NCBI GenBank assembly: GCA_020697715.1
Contig: JAEHCO010000009.1
Location: 1 to 32,542 of the forward strand
Source of the DNA: Methanobacteriota archaeon
GTDB taxonomy: Archaea; Thermoplasmatota; Thermoplasmata; SG8-5; JAGLSY01
Direction of reading: 5' to 3'
DNA: 32,542 bases
The notes beneath the pieces are model-generated. The model did no database searches and had not been told where the DNA came from. It saw only the letters and a program-made list of their open reading frames with translations. This document shows positions 1-9,900 of the stretch, piece after piece. The first letter of the stretch is position 1, and the number at the start of each line of letters is the position of its first letter. Made by a program: the position numbers and the translations under genes.

Positions 1-483
1 TATGTCACTCAGTCAGAAGGTAAATCCCATGCTTCTCTGATATTCGAGCATTCAAATTTCGAGGTATTGAAAAGATTCCTGGTCAATAATCTGCATACCC
101 TGGAGAATGTGAGACAGACAATGACAGTTCCATTGCTCGAGCCAAAATATTACTCTCTACCAGAAGACCATCCAAGAGATATGGAGAGATATCTCATCTC
201 CATAAGGGCAGACCCGGAGAAGATACCACAGATCAGAGGCCAGTTGGAAAAAATGGCTGTTCCAGGCACTCTTTATCAGACCTTTTTATCATATTCTATG
301 GGGGAATATGACATATTTTCATCTGTCCTGGCAGATTCCCGGGAAACTGTACAAAAATATGCTGAGGAGACCTTCGATAATATGGAGGGTATGATCCATT
401 ACAATATAACAAGCCAGCAGGAAATTATCTCTTTGGTATCAAAGGAAGAACGGCTTCAGCATAAGAAACAATTTGACAAATAA
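1..483 (+). CDS. 5'-truncated protein, probable tandem Lrp/AsnC-type ligand-binding (RAM-like) domains
   Basis: Frame is open from base 1 (YVTQSEGKSHASLIFEH...) to TAA at 481-483. Two repeats of a beta-alpha-beta-beta-alpha-beta pattern (e.g. SMGEYDIFSSVLADSRETVQKYAEETFDNMEG) resemble AsnC C-terminal domains. Confidence 0.5.
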   Translation, partial: YVTQSEGKSHASLIFEHSNFEVLKRFLVNNLHTLENVRQTMTVPLLEPKYYSLPEDHPRDMERYLISIRADPEKIPQIRGQLEKMAVPGTLYQTFLSYSMGEYDIFSSVLADSRETVQKYAEETFDNMEGMIHYNITSQQEIISLVSKEERLQHKKQFDK

Positions 484-488
484 ATAGG

Positions 489-529
489 GATGACAAGCTG
501 GTGCGGTACTCTCGCACCAGCTTGACATC
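489..529. terminator. 17-bp inverted repeat between convergent genes, possible bidirectional terminator or 3'-end hairpin
   Basis: GATGACAAGCTGGTGCG-gtactct-CGCACCAGCTTGACATC with one mismatch, followed by a T-tract on the + strand. Confidence 0.55.
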
Positions 530-550
530 ACATTTTTAAATAGGCTTAGC

Positions 551-1027
551 TCAATCGCAAGATGAACAGGATGAGCACGAGCTGCAGGATTCTGTTGCTT
601 CATCCGAGACGCTGACCACTTTCAATTTGAAGTTCAGATTCTGTCCTGCCAGTGGGTGGTTGACATCGATCTTCACTTTCTCATCGGTTATCTCGACGAT
701 CGTTGCTGTGAATGGTTGACCATTGTCCGATGTGACAGCGACCTTCTGGCCAACTGTGAGTTGGTCAGCTTCTGGAACCTCTTCTATTGGGAAATCTATG
801 ATCATGTCATCCCTTGGCTCTCCATAGGCCTCTGCTGCTGGTATGGATATCTCTTTTTCCATGTCCAGTTCCATTTCCTTAACAGCATTCTCAAAGCCGA
901 CTATCACTTGCTGTGCGCCCAGCTGGAATTCCAGAGGCTCTCCGCCCTCGGTACTGTCAAATACAGTTCCGTCATCCAGTGTTCCTACGTATTCGATCTT
1001 CACGAATTTACCATCTTCAATAGGCAT
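551..1027 (-). CDS. slyD: FKBP-type peptidyl-prolyl cis-trans isomerase (SlyD-like) with Cys-rich tail
   Basis: Motifs VKIEYVGTLDDGTVFDST, GFENAV, AEAYG, IDVNHPLAGQNLNF; insert-in-flap domain present; GGAG RBS upstream. Confidence 0.93.
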   Translation of the reverse strand: MPIEDGKFVKIEYVGTLDDGTVFDSTEGGEPLEFQLGAQQVIVGFENAVKEMELDMEKEISIPAAEAYGEPRDDMIIDFPIEEVPEADQLTVGQKVAVTSDNGQPFTATIVEITDEKVKIDVNHPLAGQNLNFKLKVVSVSDEATESCSSCSSCSSCD

Positions 1028-1101
1028 ATCAATTACTCCTTGCCCGGCTATTATCAGGTCATATAAGTAATTGTAGGGTGAAATGTTTGGAATAATATCA
1101 T

Positions 1102-1126
1102 GAACAATAGGTTTAAGGCATTGTTC
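1102..1126 (+). promoter_or_regulatory. TATA-like box (TTTAAG) flanked by the inverted repeat GAACAAT-N11-ATTGTTC upstream of the ABC operon
   Basis: GAACAAT at 1102-1108 and ATTGTTC at 1120-1126 enclose TTTAAG, about 25-30 nt before the start codon. Confidence 0.4.
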
Positions 1127-1142
1127 TTACATCAATGTGTCA

Positions 1143-2168
1143 ATGACCGCAGTTCCTCCACAAGGGCAGGCAGTGACCATAACCTCGAACAATGTCACTG
1201 TCAGGTATGGGAAGATCCTGGCTCTGAATGATTTTACTGTAAAAGTACCATCTGGCATAGTTGGATTGCTGGGCCCGAATGGAGCTGGCAAGAGCACCTT
1301 TATCAAAGCATTGTTGGGACTTCTGAGGCCGGATAATGGGACAATGACCATCGCTGGCCGTGACCCCAGCGATGATATGGGCGCGGTCAGGGATATGATC
1401 GGTTATATGCCGGAGCATGACTGTCTCATTGAAAGCCTCAATGCCGTGAATCTTGTCACTTATATGGGCCATATATCTGGAATGCTGAAAAAGGACGCTA
1501 TCCCTAGGAGTCACGAAGTTCTTGATTTCGTGGGCATAGGTGAGGAGAGATACCGTGATATATCATCATATTCAACAGGCATGAAACAGCGCGTGAAGTT
1601 GGCACAGGCAATAGTTCACGACCCCGCAATACTCTTCTTGGACGAGCCCACCAATGGAATGGATCCTCAGGGCAGAGTGGAAATGATGGAACTGATAAAG
1701 AAGATAAGTGATTCTGATAAATCCATCATGGTCTCCACCCACATACTGGATGATCTTGAAAAGGCCAGCGACTACATCATTATAATCAATAATGGCCATC
1801 TTGTAACTGAAGGGAAGATCGATGAACTTCTGGCCAAGAAGGAAGGTCAGAAGATGATCAAGGCTGTAGGCCAACCATCCGAATTGGATGTTTTTCTCAC
1901 GTCATTGAAGAAGGCCTTCGAGGTCAGGTCGGCAATTGTGGATGGAGGGCAAGCCTCCATCGTCTTGATAAACAAGGACGATGGCAATTATATCTTCAAG
2001 ATCGGCCAGGAAAGCCAGGTGCAGATCCGGGCCTATTATCCGGAGCGAGCCAGCCTGGAGGATGTGTTCATCGGCACTCTTGATATTGACAATGCCAATG
2101 AAGCTGAAAAAACTGATGCCGCTAGCCCTGGAAATAAGATAGAAGGAGGTGAGCCAGGTGTCAATTGA
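1143..2168 (+). CDS. ABC-2 type exporter ATP-binding subunit
   Basis: Walker A GPNGAGKS, signature YSTGMKQR, Walker B ILFLDEPT, H-loop STH. Start is ATG 1143 or GTG 1137. Confidence 0.93.
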   Translation: MTAVPPQGQAVTITSNNVTVRYGKILALNDFTVKVPSGIVGLLGPNGAGKSTFIKALLGLLRPDNGTMTIAGRDPSDDMGAVRDMIGYMPEHDCLIESLNAVNLVTYMGHISGMLKKDAIPRSHEVLDFVGIGEERYRDISSYSTGMKQRVKLAQAIVHDPAILFLDEPTNGMDPQGRVEMMELIKKISDSDKSIMVSTHILDDLEKASDYIIIINNGHLVTEGKIDELLAKKEGQKMIKAVGQPSELDVFLTSLKKAFEVRSAIVDGGQASIVLINKDDGNYIFKIGQESQVQIRAYYPERASLEDVFIGTLDIDNANEAEKTDAASPGNKIEGGEPGVN

Positions 2169-2979
2169 CCCAATAAGGTACAAGCCCTGGTCTGGTGAGA
2201 GGGCAAATCATTTCCAAAGGATATTCGTTATATCCAAATTCTTCTTCCTTCAGAAGATCAAGTCAAAGTGGATACTGCTACTTCTGATACTGGGAATATT
2301 CATATCCACTGTATTTCCTATATTTATGTATTCAATGATGCCTCATGAAGGTCTGGATAAAGAAATTATGGCGGATCACATGCAAACTCAGATCATCTTC
2401 ATCTTCACTCTTCTATTGGTTGCGATGATATGCTCGGATACCATATCTGAGGATTTGCGAAGCAATTCCTTTGTACTGTATTTTTCGAGAGCGATCAAGA
2501 CGGAGAGCTATCTGGCTGGAAAAATAGGTGGAGCTTTCCTCACATTATCCACCTTCACTCTCGTGCCTCCTATATTATTGGCTATTATCATAACCGCAAC
2601 TCAGTCTGGCAATGATTATCTTGCCAGTTTTGGCGTGGTAGGCATCACGGTAGTTGCTGCTATTGCCAATACTCTATTCTTCCTGCCTTTTGGGTTATTG
2701 ATATCCTCATTGACCAATAGGAAGTCATATGCTGCTGTTGGCACTTTCATGATAACATTCATCCTCATGATAATCAGTGGGATATTCATGGAATTCAATT
2801 CAAATTGGGAATTGATCGACCCATACAGTGTCCTTTATTACTTCCAAGAGGTCATTTATGGATTTGACCTGCCCTCTAATGTGAATAGCGGGGCTTTGGC
2901 CGCGATATTCACCGGCTTCATGACCATTCCTCTCGCACTGGTATACATTCGGATACACTTGAAGGCGGTGGGAAAGTGA
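2158..2979 (+). CDS. ABC-2 type exporter permease
   Basis: About 6 TM segments; ISEDLRSNSFVLYFSRAI..YLAGK motif; GGAGGTGA RBS ahead of GTG 2158 (track start 2149 is an alternative). Confidence 0.85.
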   Translation: MSIDPIRYKPWSGERANHFQRIFVISKFFFLQKIKSKWILLLLILGIFISTVFPIFMYSMMPHEGLDKEIMADHMQTQIIFIFTLLLVAMICSDTISEDLRSNSFVLYFSRAIKTESYLAGKIGGAFLTLSTFTLVPPILLAIIITATQSGNDYLASFGVVGITVVAAIANTLFFLPFGLLISSLTNRKSYAAVGTFMITFILMIISGIFMEFNSNWELIDPYSVLYYFQEVIYGFDLPSNVNSGALAAIFTGFMTIPLALVYIRIHLKAVGK

Positions 2980-3956
2980 ACAGTCAGCAGAATGCCACAT
3001 TCCAGCAGCCAATGCAACCCCAGGGCCCACCCCCTGTGATCAATACCATCAATCTGTGTAAGTGGTACGGAAATGTGATAGGCCTCAATAATTTCAATGT
3101 CCAGATCGGAGATGGCATCACAGGTATAGTTGGCCCGAATGGTGCTGGCAAAAGTACATTATTTAAGTTAATAATTGGTTCAATAAAGTCCAATGCTGGC
3201 TATATGGGCGTCATGGGACAGAAACCCTGGGGTAATACGAAACAGCTTGCCTCCATCGGCTTCTGCCCGGATTATGATTTCCTTCCTCTGAGCATGACAG
3301 GCCGCGAGTATCTGGAATTCATGGGCGGGCTCCATGCCATGGAGAAGACCCACTTGAAGAACCGGATCGCGGAACTGGCTAATATCGTGAAGATGGAAAA
3401 GGATATGGACCGTGACATGGGCGGATACAGCAAGGGCATGAAGCAGAGGCTGAAGATAGCTGGCGCACTAATCCACAATCCCAAACTTCTACTTCTGGAT
3501 GAGCCACTGAGTGGAACTGATCCAATCGTCCGAAGGGACATAATCAATCTTGTGAAGAAACTGCACAAGGAATACGGCCACAATATAATCGTCAGCTCCC
3601 ACGTGCTACATGAGATCGAGCGCATGACCAGTAATATCGTGCTAATTTACAAGGGTCGGGCGGTGGCATCTGGCAAGATATCCGAGATACGTGCCCTGAT
3701 AGACCAGCACCCGCACAATATCGTTCTGGAAGGCAAGAACATAGGAGCTCTGGCCAAATCATTCCTTGATCAACCTTACACTGTTTCCGTGGGCTATAAT
3801 CATAATCGGGAATCAATAACCATCCGGGTGACACAGCCCGATGAATTCTTCGACTCCATGCCCGCCCTTTTAGAAAATTCTGACTGCAAATTAGACAAGA
3901 TGTTCTCCCTGGATGACAATCTGGAGTCTATATTCAAGTATCTGGTGGGGTGGTAA
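2976..3956 (+). CDS. second ABC-2 type exporter ATP-binding subunit
   Basis: GPNGAGKS, YSKGMKQR, LLLLDEPL, SSH; GTGA overlap with the upstream gene; Q/P-rich N-terminal extension. Confidence 0.92.
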   Translation: MNSQQNATFQQPMQPQGPPPVINTINLCKWYGNVIGLNNFNVQIGDGITGIVGPNGAGKSTLFKLIIGSIKSNAGYMGVMGQKPWGNTKQLASIGFCPDYDFLPLSMTGREYLEFMGGLHAMEKTHLKNRIAELANIVKMEKDMDRDMGGYSKGMKQRLKIAGALIHNPKLLLLDEPLSGTDPIVRRDIINLVKKLHKEYGHNIIVSSHVLHEIERMTSNIVLIYKGRAVASGKISEIRALIDQHPHNIVLEGKNIGALAKSFLDQPYTVSVGYNHNRESITIRVTQPDEFFDSMPALLENSDCKLDKMFSLDDNLESIFKYLVGW

Positions 3957-3957
3957 T

Positions 3958-4725
3958 TTGGATCTGAACTTGAATGCCATTTACTCCGGTCTTTACGCGA
4001 TAATCAAGTACTCGACCAAGAAGATATTATTCAAAAAGCAATGGATCATCACTCTTCTGATAGTGATCCTGATGGGCTTCGTCATGGGATACGCTGGCTC
4101 ACAGGATTGGGCAGATGCTGATATACTGGATGCTGGAATGGAGCTTATGGACCTTCTGATATTATCCTTCATACTGCCTATCATCTCGATGATCTACGGA
4201 GCTTCCCTTCTGAGGAATGAGATCGAGGACAAGTCCATCACCCAGGTGATAATCGCGCCACTGGACAGGTCTATCTCTTATCTCGGATATTACATCTCTT
4301 TGGTCCTATCACTTTCTCTGATAATGGCAGTGGTCTGCATAGTTGGCTGGCTGGCATTCTTCGGCCAGGTGGGTGTCGATGGGGATGCCGCTGGAATTCT
4401 CGGCACCATGATCGTCCTGACCACCATTGGCTCGGCCGTATATTCAGCCATGTTCCTCCTGACCAGTATAATGTTTAAAAGACCAATTTATTTCGGTCTT
4501 TTCTACGCTTTCATCTGGGAGGGCTTCATAGGCTTGATGCCAGGAGCCATTGGTCAGTACACGATCAAGCATTTCATAAGATCAATAGGAGCTGGGATGA
4601 CGGATTTTGGATCATTGGGATCGTACATGGAAGCAGATGGAGGTATCTATGGGGCTCTTATCATGCTGATGATCGTATTGCTGGGCATCGGGGCTTTGCT
4701 GTTTAAAAATAAGGAATTTCCGTAG
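3958..4725 (+). CDS. second ABC-2 type exporter permease
   Basis: About 6 TM segments; LRNEIEDKSITQVIIAPLDR motif. TTG at 3958 follows the ATPase stop after 1 nt, so it is preferred over track start 3913. Confidence 0.82.
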   Translation: MDLNLNAIYSGLYAIIKYSTKKILFKKQWIITLLIVILMGFVMGYAGSQDWADADILDAGMELMDLLILSFILPIISMIYGASLLRNEIEDKSITQVIIAPLDRSISYLGYYISLVLSLSLIMAVVCIVGWLAFFGQVGVDGDAAGILGTMIVLTTIGSAVYSAMFLLTSIMFKRPIYFGLFYAFIWEGFIGLMPGAIGQYTIKHFIRSIGAGMTDFGSLGSYMEADGGIYGALIMLMIVLLGIGALLFKNKEFP

Positions 4726-4746
4726 TGGGTGATCAATATTTTTACG

Positions 4747-4972
4747 GGTGTTGGGGGGTTTTAGAAAGTTTGATCCCCCCGTCCTGCGCTCTTAGCTCGA
4801 ATCGCTCTGCTTCTCGAACTAATATTTTGCGCATTTAACGCAAAATAGGGCTTGGACGGGGTTCCGAATATCAGAGCACTCTGTGACTGTCACTCGAATA
4901 ATCATCGAATCCAGTACCCCGCCCTGCTGAATATTCTATGAATTATCCAGACGGGGCATGTTGCTGAGAATT
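4747..4972 (-). ncRNA. copy A of a repeated multi-hairpin non-coding element (candidate structured RNA or non-autonomous mobile element)
   Basis: The minus strand reads CATGCCCCGTCT-N24-GGGCGGGGTA-N4-ATTCGATGATTATTCGAGTGACAG (4960-4887), colinear with 26073-26146(+). Further stems are CCCCGTCC/GGACGGGG (4777-4784/4854-4861) and TATTTTGCG/CGCAAAATA. Confidence 0.55.
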
Positions 4973-5007
4973 ACATTGAAGAGAAAATGCTATGAATTGC
5001 TAATAAT

Positions 5008-5706
5008 TCAAACACGTTTCAGCCCAAACTCAGTCTCCAGCAGATCCATGAGCTGCGCGAAGTTCGTAAAAGTATAATCTGGCTGGATATTATGTTTATT
5101 CCTCTTCCACGGCCATTTGAGATAAGCGTTCATCATGCCCGCGTTCTTCGCTCCCTGGATATCGTATCTGAGCGAGTCTCCCACATGGAGAGTTTCTTCG
5201 GGCTTCGTGCCCATCTTCTCCATGGCCATCTTCAGCCCTGTTGGGTCGGGCTTCATCAATCCGATATCCTCGCCATTTAGAATTAATTTCCATGGATATC
5301 CCATGAACCCCATTTTCTTCATCTTGTCATGTGGTGGATAATCGGATACGACGCAGATCGGAATATCATTGGCAACCACCATGTCCAGCATATTGAAGAC
5401 ATTCTTCAAGGGTTTCACTCGATCGAAGGACGAGTTCCAGCCATCGTAAACAACTCTATCTATTTTTTTTCGTGTCCATTCAGGTGTCTTTTTCCATCGG
5501 ATGGCCATTGCCTCCACCTGCTTCTCTCGGAAGTTCTCCAGCTTCCCCTGTTTTCGAAGCTTGGAACGCTCATCTGTTAGGTCGTAGATGAGCTTCACAT
5601 GGGGCCCGAACCTATGAATTAACTTGGATACCATGATAGGATAATTGTAAAAGGTAGCATCATAATCGAATGTTATGCCAGATAGTTTTTTCACCATGAT
5701 CTTCAC
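5008..5706 (-). CDS. HAD-superfamily hydrolase (subfamily IA)
   Basis: Motif I FDYDATFY, motif II VVSD, motif III KPDP, motif IV HVGDSLRYDIQGA. Confidence 0.88.
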   Translation of the reverse strand: MKIMVKKLSGITFDYDATFYNYPIMVSKLIHRFGPHVKLIYDLTDERSKLRKQGKLENFREKQVEAMAIRWKKTPEWTRKKIDRVVYDGWNSSFDRVKPLKNVFNMLDMVVANDIPICVVSDYPPHDKMKKMGFMGYPWKLILNGEDIGLMKPDPTGLKMAMEKMGTKPEETLHVGDSLRYDIQGAKNAGMMNAYLKWPWKRNKHNIQPDYTFTNFAQLMDLLETEFGLKRV

Positions 5707-5722
5707 CTATTTTGAAATGGGA

Positions 5723-6817
5723 TCAGCCAAGTAAAAGACCCCAGGAGTATTCGCAATTGCCATTCCAATCATCCCCGCCTTCCTTATGAACTTTTCCTTC
5801 TGCATCTGTATATTCGATCTCCATTACTTCTGAAGGAAATTCATTGTAGAAGAATTTATTGCGCCAGTACTTGCGCCTTTCAAAGGTATATGTTGTTTTG
5901 GCAACCGTCCTCACCTTGATGCGGAGCCTCTCATCACCCAGCTCTCCCCAGGCCTCGAAACCCGGCAGGCCATTATCCTGCCGGAAGACATTGTATCTCA
6001 CGTGCTTGAATCTCTTAGTTGGCTGGCCAGCAGGAGTGTAGTTCAGATTCTTGTTCATAAATTTGTATTTATTGTCCGCGCTGGGCTTGCATTCCGAACT
6101 GCGTCGGAACATCAATCTGCTGAGAAATGTGGTGAAGTAAGTGAGATAAGAGCCGTCAGTCTTGTGAAAAACTCCCCAGAGCCAGGGAAATGCCGGCGTA
6201 TTTAGTGTGATATGCTGCATGTACAGGCTGCCCTCCATCTTGCGCTTGTCGCCCTTTGTGGAAAGCATGCCGGACCAATTGGCATGATAGATCTTCAGGC
6301 CGTCGAAGCCCAGGTTCTTTGTCAACATCGTGCGCTTGTAACCGACAGGCGGCGGGGTGGGTGTGACCTTGTCGATATTCAGATCAAAATCCTTTGGATC
6401 GCGGCAGAATCTGATATTGGTATTCACGCGACTGGCTTTCAACTGTACATCTTCTGAATCAATGGTCACACCACCGTCCTTGATCACGGTGGTGAACTTC
6501 ATGTTCTTGGGCTCGATCTCCTGAAATACCTTGCCATCCCAGTACCAGAAGGTGGCCATTCCATTGTATGTGAAATTGTCGGGTTGGCCAGAAAGCTCCG
6601 CAGCGGGTCCCCAATTGACACCGTTCGCCTTGACATTCTTGTATGATTTGGTTGTCCAGTAGGCGACAATTTGCTTCTTCACGCCATCTTCTTCGAAAAG
6701 GAACATCCACCACCACCATACGAAATTCCCCTTCTTGGAGAACATCCTGGCCGGTGGGAAATCCTTTATGAAATCAGGGTCAGTGGGTGGTGTGAATTTA
6801 TCAATAGGCTCGAACAT
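5723..6817 (-). CDS. hypothetical beta-rich protein, possible AttH/tocopherol-cyclase/CrtC-like fold
   Basis: Long ORF co-oriented with the HAD gene (16-nt gap). Aromatic motifs GNFVWWWWMF, PWLWGVFH.DGSYLTYF and C-terminal GNCEYSWG recall that superfamily. The fold assignment is inference. Confidence 0.5.
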   Translation of the reverse strand: MFEPIDKFTPPTDPDFIKDFPPARMFSKKGNFVWWWWMFLFEEDGVKKQIVAYWTTKSYKNVKANGVNWGPAAELSGQPDNFTYNGMATFWYWDGKVFQEIEPKNMKFTTVIKDGGVTIDSEDVQLKASRVNTNIRFCRDPKDFDLNIDKVTPTPPPVGYKRTMLTKNLGFDGLKIYHANWSGMLSTKGDKRKMEGSLYMQHITLNTPAFPWLWGVFHKTDGSYLTYFTTFLSRLMFRRSSECKPSADNKYKFMNKNLNYTPAGQPTKRFKHVRYNVFRQDNGLPGFEAWGELGDERLRIKVRTVAKTTYTFERRKYWRNKFFYNEFPSEVMEIEYTDAEGKVHKEGGDDWNGNCEYSWGLLLG

Positions 6818-6934
6818 TTTCTATCAGACTCGTGATGGTGGCTGGATATAATAAGAGTTGTGGTTTTGGCAGGCTCAATATGCTAATTGGATCATTAGTA
6901 ATTCTTTTAACACTCAAATGCATTACTTATCTTG

Positions 6935-9900
6935 ATGGAAGAGTTCGGATTGCAGCAACCGGAGCTCATTGGGAGAAGCAATGAGCTATCTTTATTGAAG
7001 AGATCATTGGAAAATGCCTTGGATCGTAAAGGCTCGACCATGTTCATCTCAGGTGAAGCTGGCATTGGAAAAACAAGGCTTGTATCCGAATTGAAGAAGC
7101 ATGCTCTTGAAAGTGGGATGAAGATAATTCAGGGCTGGTGTCTTGAAGAGGGCCTAGAGCCTTTGATGCCTGTCAAGATGGCATTGAGAGAAGCCAACAT
7201 GCAGCATTTGGTGTCTGGGGATCCACCACCCATGGTAGTATCTGCCTATCTGATAAACGAAGCTGGCATGCTCATGAACAAGGTCGAGCGAACTGAATCG
7301 GGATTGGATTCGGACATTTTCGCATCTATGTTACTGGCTGTAGGGAATTTTGTGAAGGATTCATTATCAATGATGGAAGAGGGAAGTCCAGGCAAATTGA
7401 ACTCATTAGGCTATGGTGATTTCACTATCCTCATCCAGTCAAAGAACAATCTATCGATAGCCACTGTGATAAAGGGGGCCAATAGTGAATTCCTTATCGG
7501 GGACATGAAAAGGATCCTTGAAGAGATAGGTGATGATTTCAGTGACTGGTCTGGCAATATGGAGAAGGTGGAGGTCATACAGCCAAAAATATCATGGTTC
7601 ATCAGCTCTGGTAAATATGATGGGAATTACCTGGTGGACGATCCAAAGATCAAGCAGGACAATCTTTTTGACAATGTCCTTATGGGCTTGCAGAGAGCAT
7701 CCGAGGAATCTCCCATTTTTCTCTATCTGGATGATCTGCAGTGGTCTGACCCTACATCACTGGCTCTTCTGCATTTTCTATCTAGGAACTTGAGGAAGAA
7801 TAGGGTATTGGTGCTTGGTACATATCGACCAGAGGATATTGGGCAGGCTAGTGATGGTATGCCTCATAAGCTCGAGACCACGATCCAGGCAATGAACCGT
7901 GAGGATCTTCTTGAGATAATAAAACTGGAAAGATTGGATGCTGATAATACTGAGAGAATGATATTCTCCGCAATGGGTGAAACACCTCTTGACAAGGATC
8001 TACTGGCCAGGATATTCAGGGAAACATCTGGAACTCCACTTTATGTACTTGAGGTCATTAAATTATTGGTCGAGGATGAGATAATATCAATGGCTGATAA
8101 TGGAGCCTGGCAATTGACAACAGACCTTGAAAATGTTGATATCCCCTCAAAGGTATATGATGTCATAAAACGCCGTTTAGGAAGGCTCAAAACAGATCAA
8201 AGGGATATTCTTGAATGTGCTAGTGTGATCGGGGAAGAATTTCGATCCGATATCATTGGCAGGGTCATTGGAATGAATAGGCTTCAGACATTGAAAACAC
8301 TGAATGATATTGAAAAGACCCATAAGTTGATACACAGCAAAGAGGCCAGCTATCGCTTTGACCATGCGAAGATCAAGGAGGTCATGTATTCGGATATCAA
8401 CAGCGAACTGAGAAAAGAATACCATAAGATGATAGCAGAATCAATTGAGGAATTGAACCAAGATAATATTGATGATTCTGTTTCTGAGCTGGCATATCAT
8501 TTCTTCGAGGCAAGGGATAAGAGGGCTGGTGATTATCTTATCCAGGTCGGAGATGTGGCAAAGGAGAGGTTCGCCAATGCGGAGGCGATATCATTCTACG
8601 TAAATGCCTTGGAGATCAATGGGAGGGATAAGCCAGATCCAATAACATTGAGCAAGTTGGGTAATATCAATAATTTAATTGGTGAATATGACACCGCTTT
8701 GGGATTTTTCAGAGAATCTCTAGCTTTAAGAGAGGAAGCTGTAGATAAGAAAAATGCTGCAGAGACATTGAGTGAAATCGGCCAGGTTTATTACAATAGG
8801 GGGGAGCTTGAAGAGGCGAAGATATCCCATACCGAAAGCCTGAGGATCATGGAAGAGATAGGGGATAAGCAAGGTATCGCGGCTTCAAATAATCTCATTG
8901 GCATCGTTCATTATTCGAAGAATGAATTGGAGGAAGCACTGGAATTCTTCAATAAAAGCTTGGCTATTGATGATGAGCTGAATGATGAGACTGGAAGAGC
9001 CACGACCTACAGTCATTTCGGGCTTGTGTACCATAAAAGAGGTGAGTTCGACAGGGCACTTGAATATTATGAGAAGAGCAAGGATACCAAGATGAAGATA
9101 GGTAAAAAGAATGATGTGGCCACTTTGCTCAATAATATTGGAACTATATATTCCAACCTTGGTGAAATGGATAGAGCCCTGAAATATTACAAGGAAAGCC
9201 TGGCTATCAGGATGGAGGTTGGAGATCGGAGAGGAATAGCCAGTGCTTACAATAACCTTGGAACCCTTTTCTACAAGAGAGGAGAACTGAAAAATGCTCT
9301 TGAGCATTATGAAAATAGCTTAAAGATCAAGATCGATATAGGGGTCCTTAGCACATTGTCAGTATCTTATAACAATATGGGAATAATCCACAGAGAATGG
9401 GGAGAGTTCGATAAGGCTATGGAGTATTATGAAAAAGGCCTGGCTATGGATCTGGACCATGGCAATAAGAATGTGATAGCCAAGACCATCATAAATATCA
9501 GTGAGATCATGCGAGAAAAAGGCCAGCTTGATGATTCTACAGCGAAATATCTTGAAGCCACAGACCTTTGCAGGGAATGCGGTGTGAAGGTATATCTTGC
9601 CCAGGGATTGCTGGGACTGGCTGAAACATATGTGCAAGCTGGCAAACTGGACCTCGCTCGAACGACCTGCGAAGAGGCTGAAACAATTGCCCAAGAGAGC
9701 AGTCTGAAGACTGAATATGTTGGAAGCCAGAGAATATTAGGGATCATATTCTCTGCCAAAAAGGATTGGAACGAGGCGGAAAAAAGATTCGAGAACTCCT
9801 TGGCCGGGGCGAAAGACCTGGCCGCTGAGACACTGACGGCCAAGATCAATTATTTCTATGGAAAGATGCTCTCTGAAAAAGGAGATGTAGATCGAGCCAG

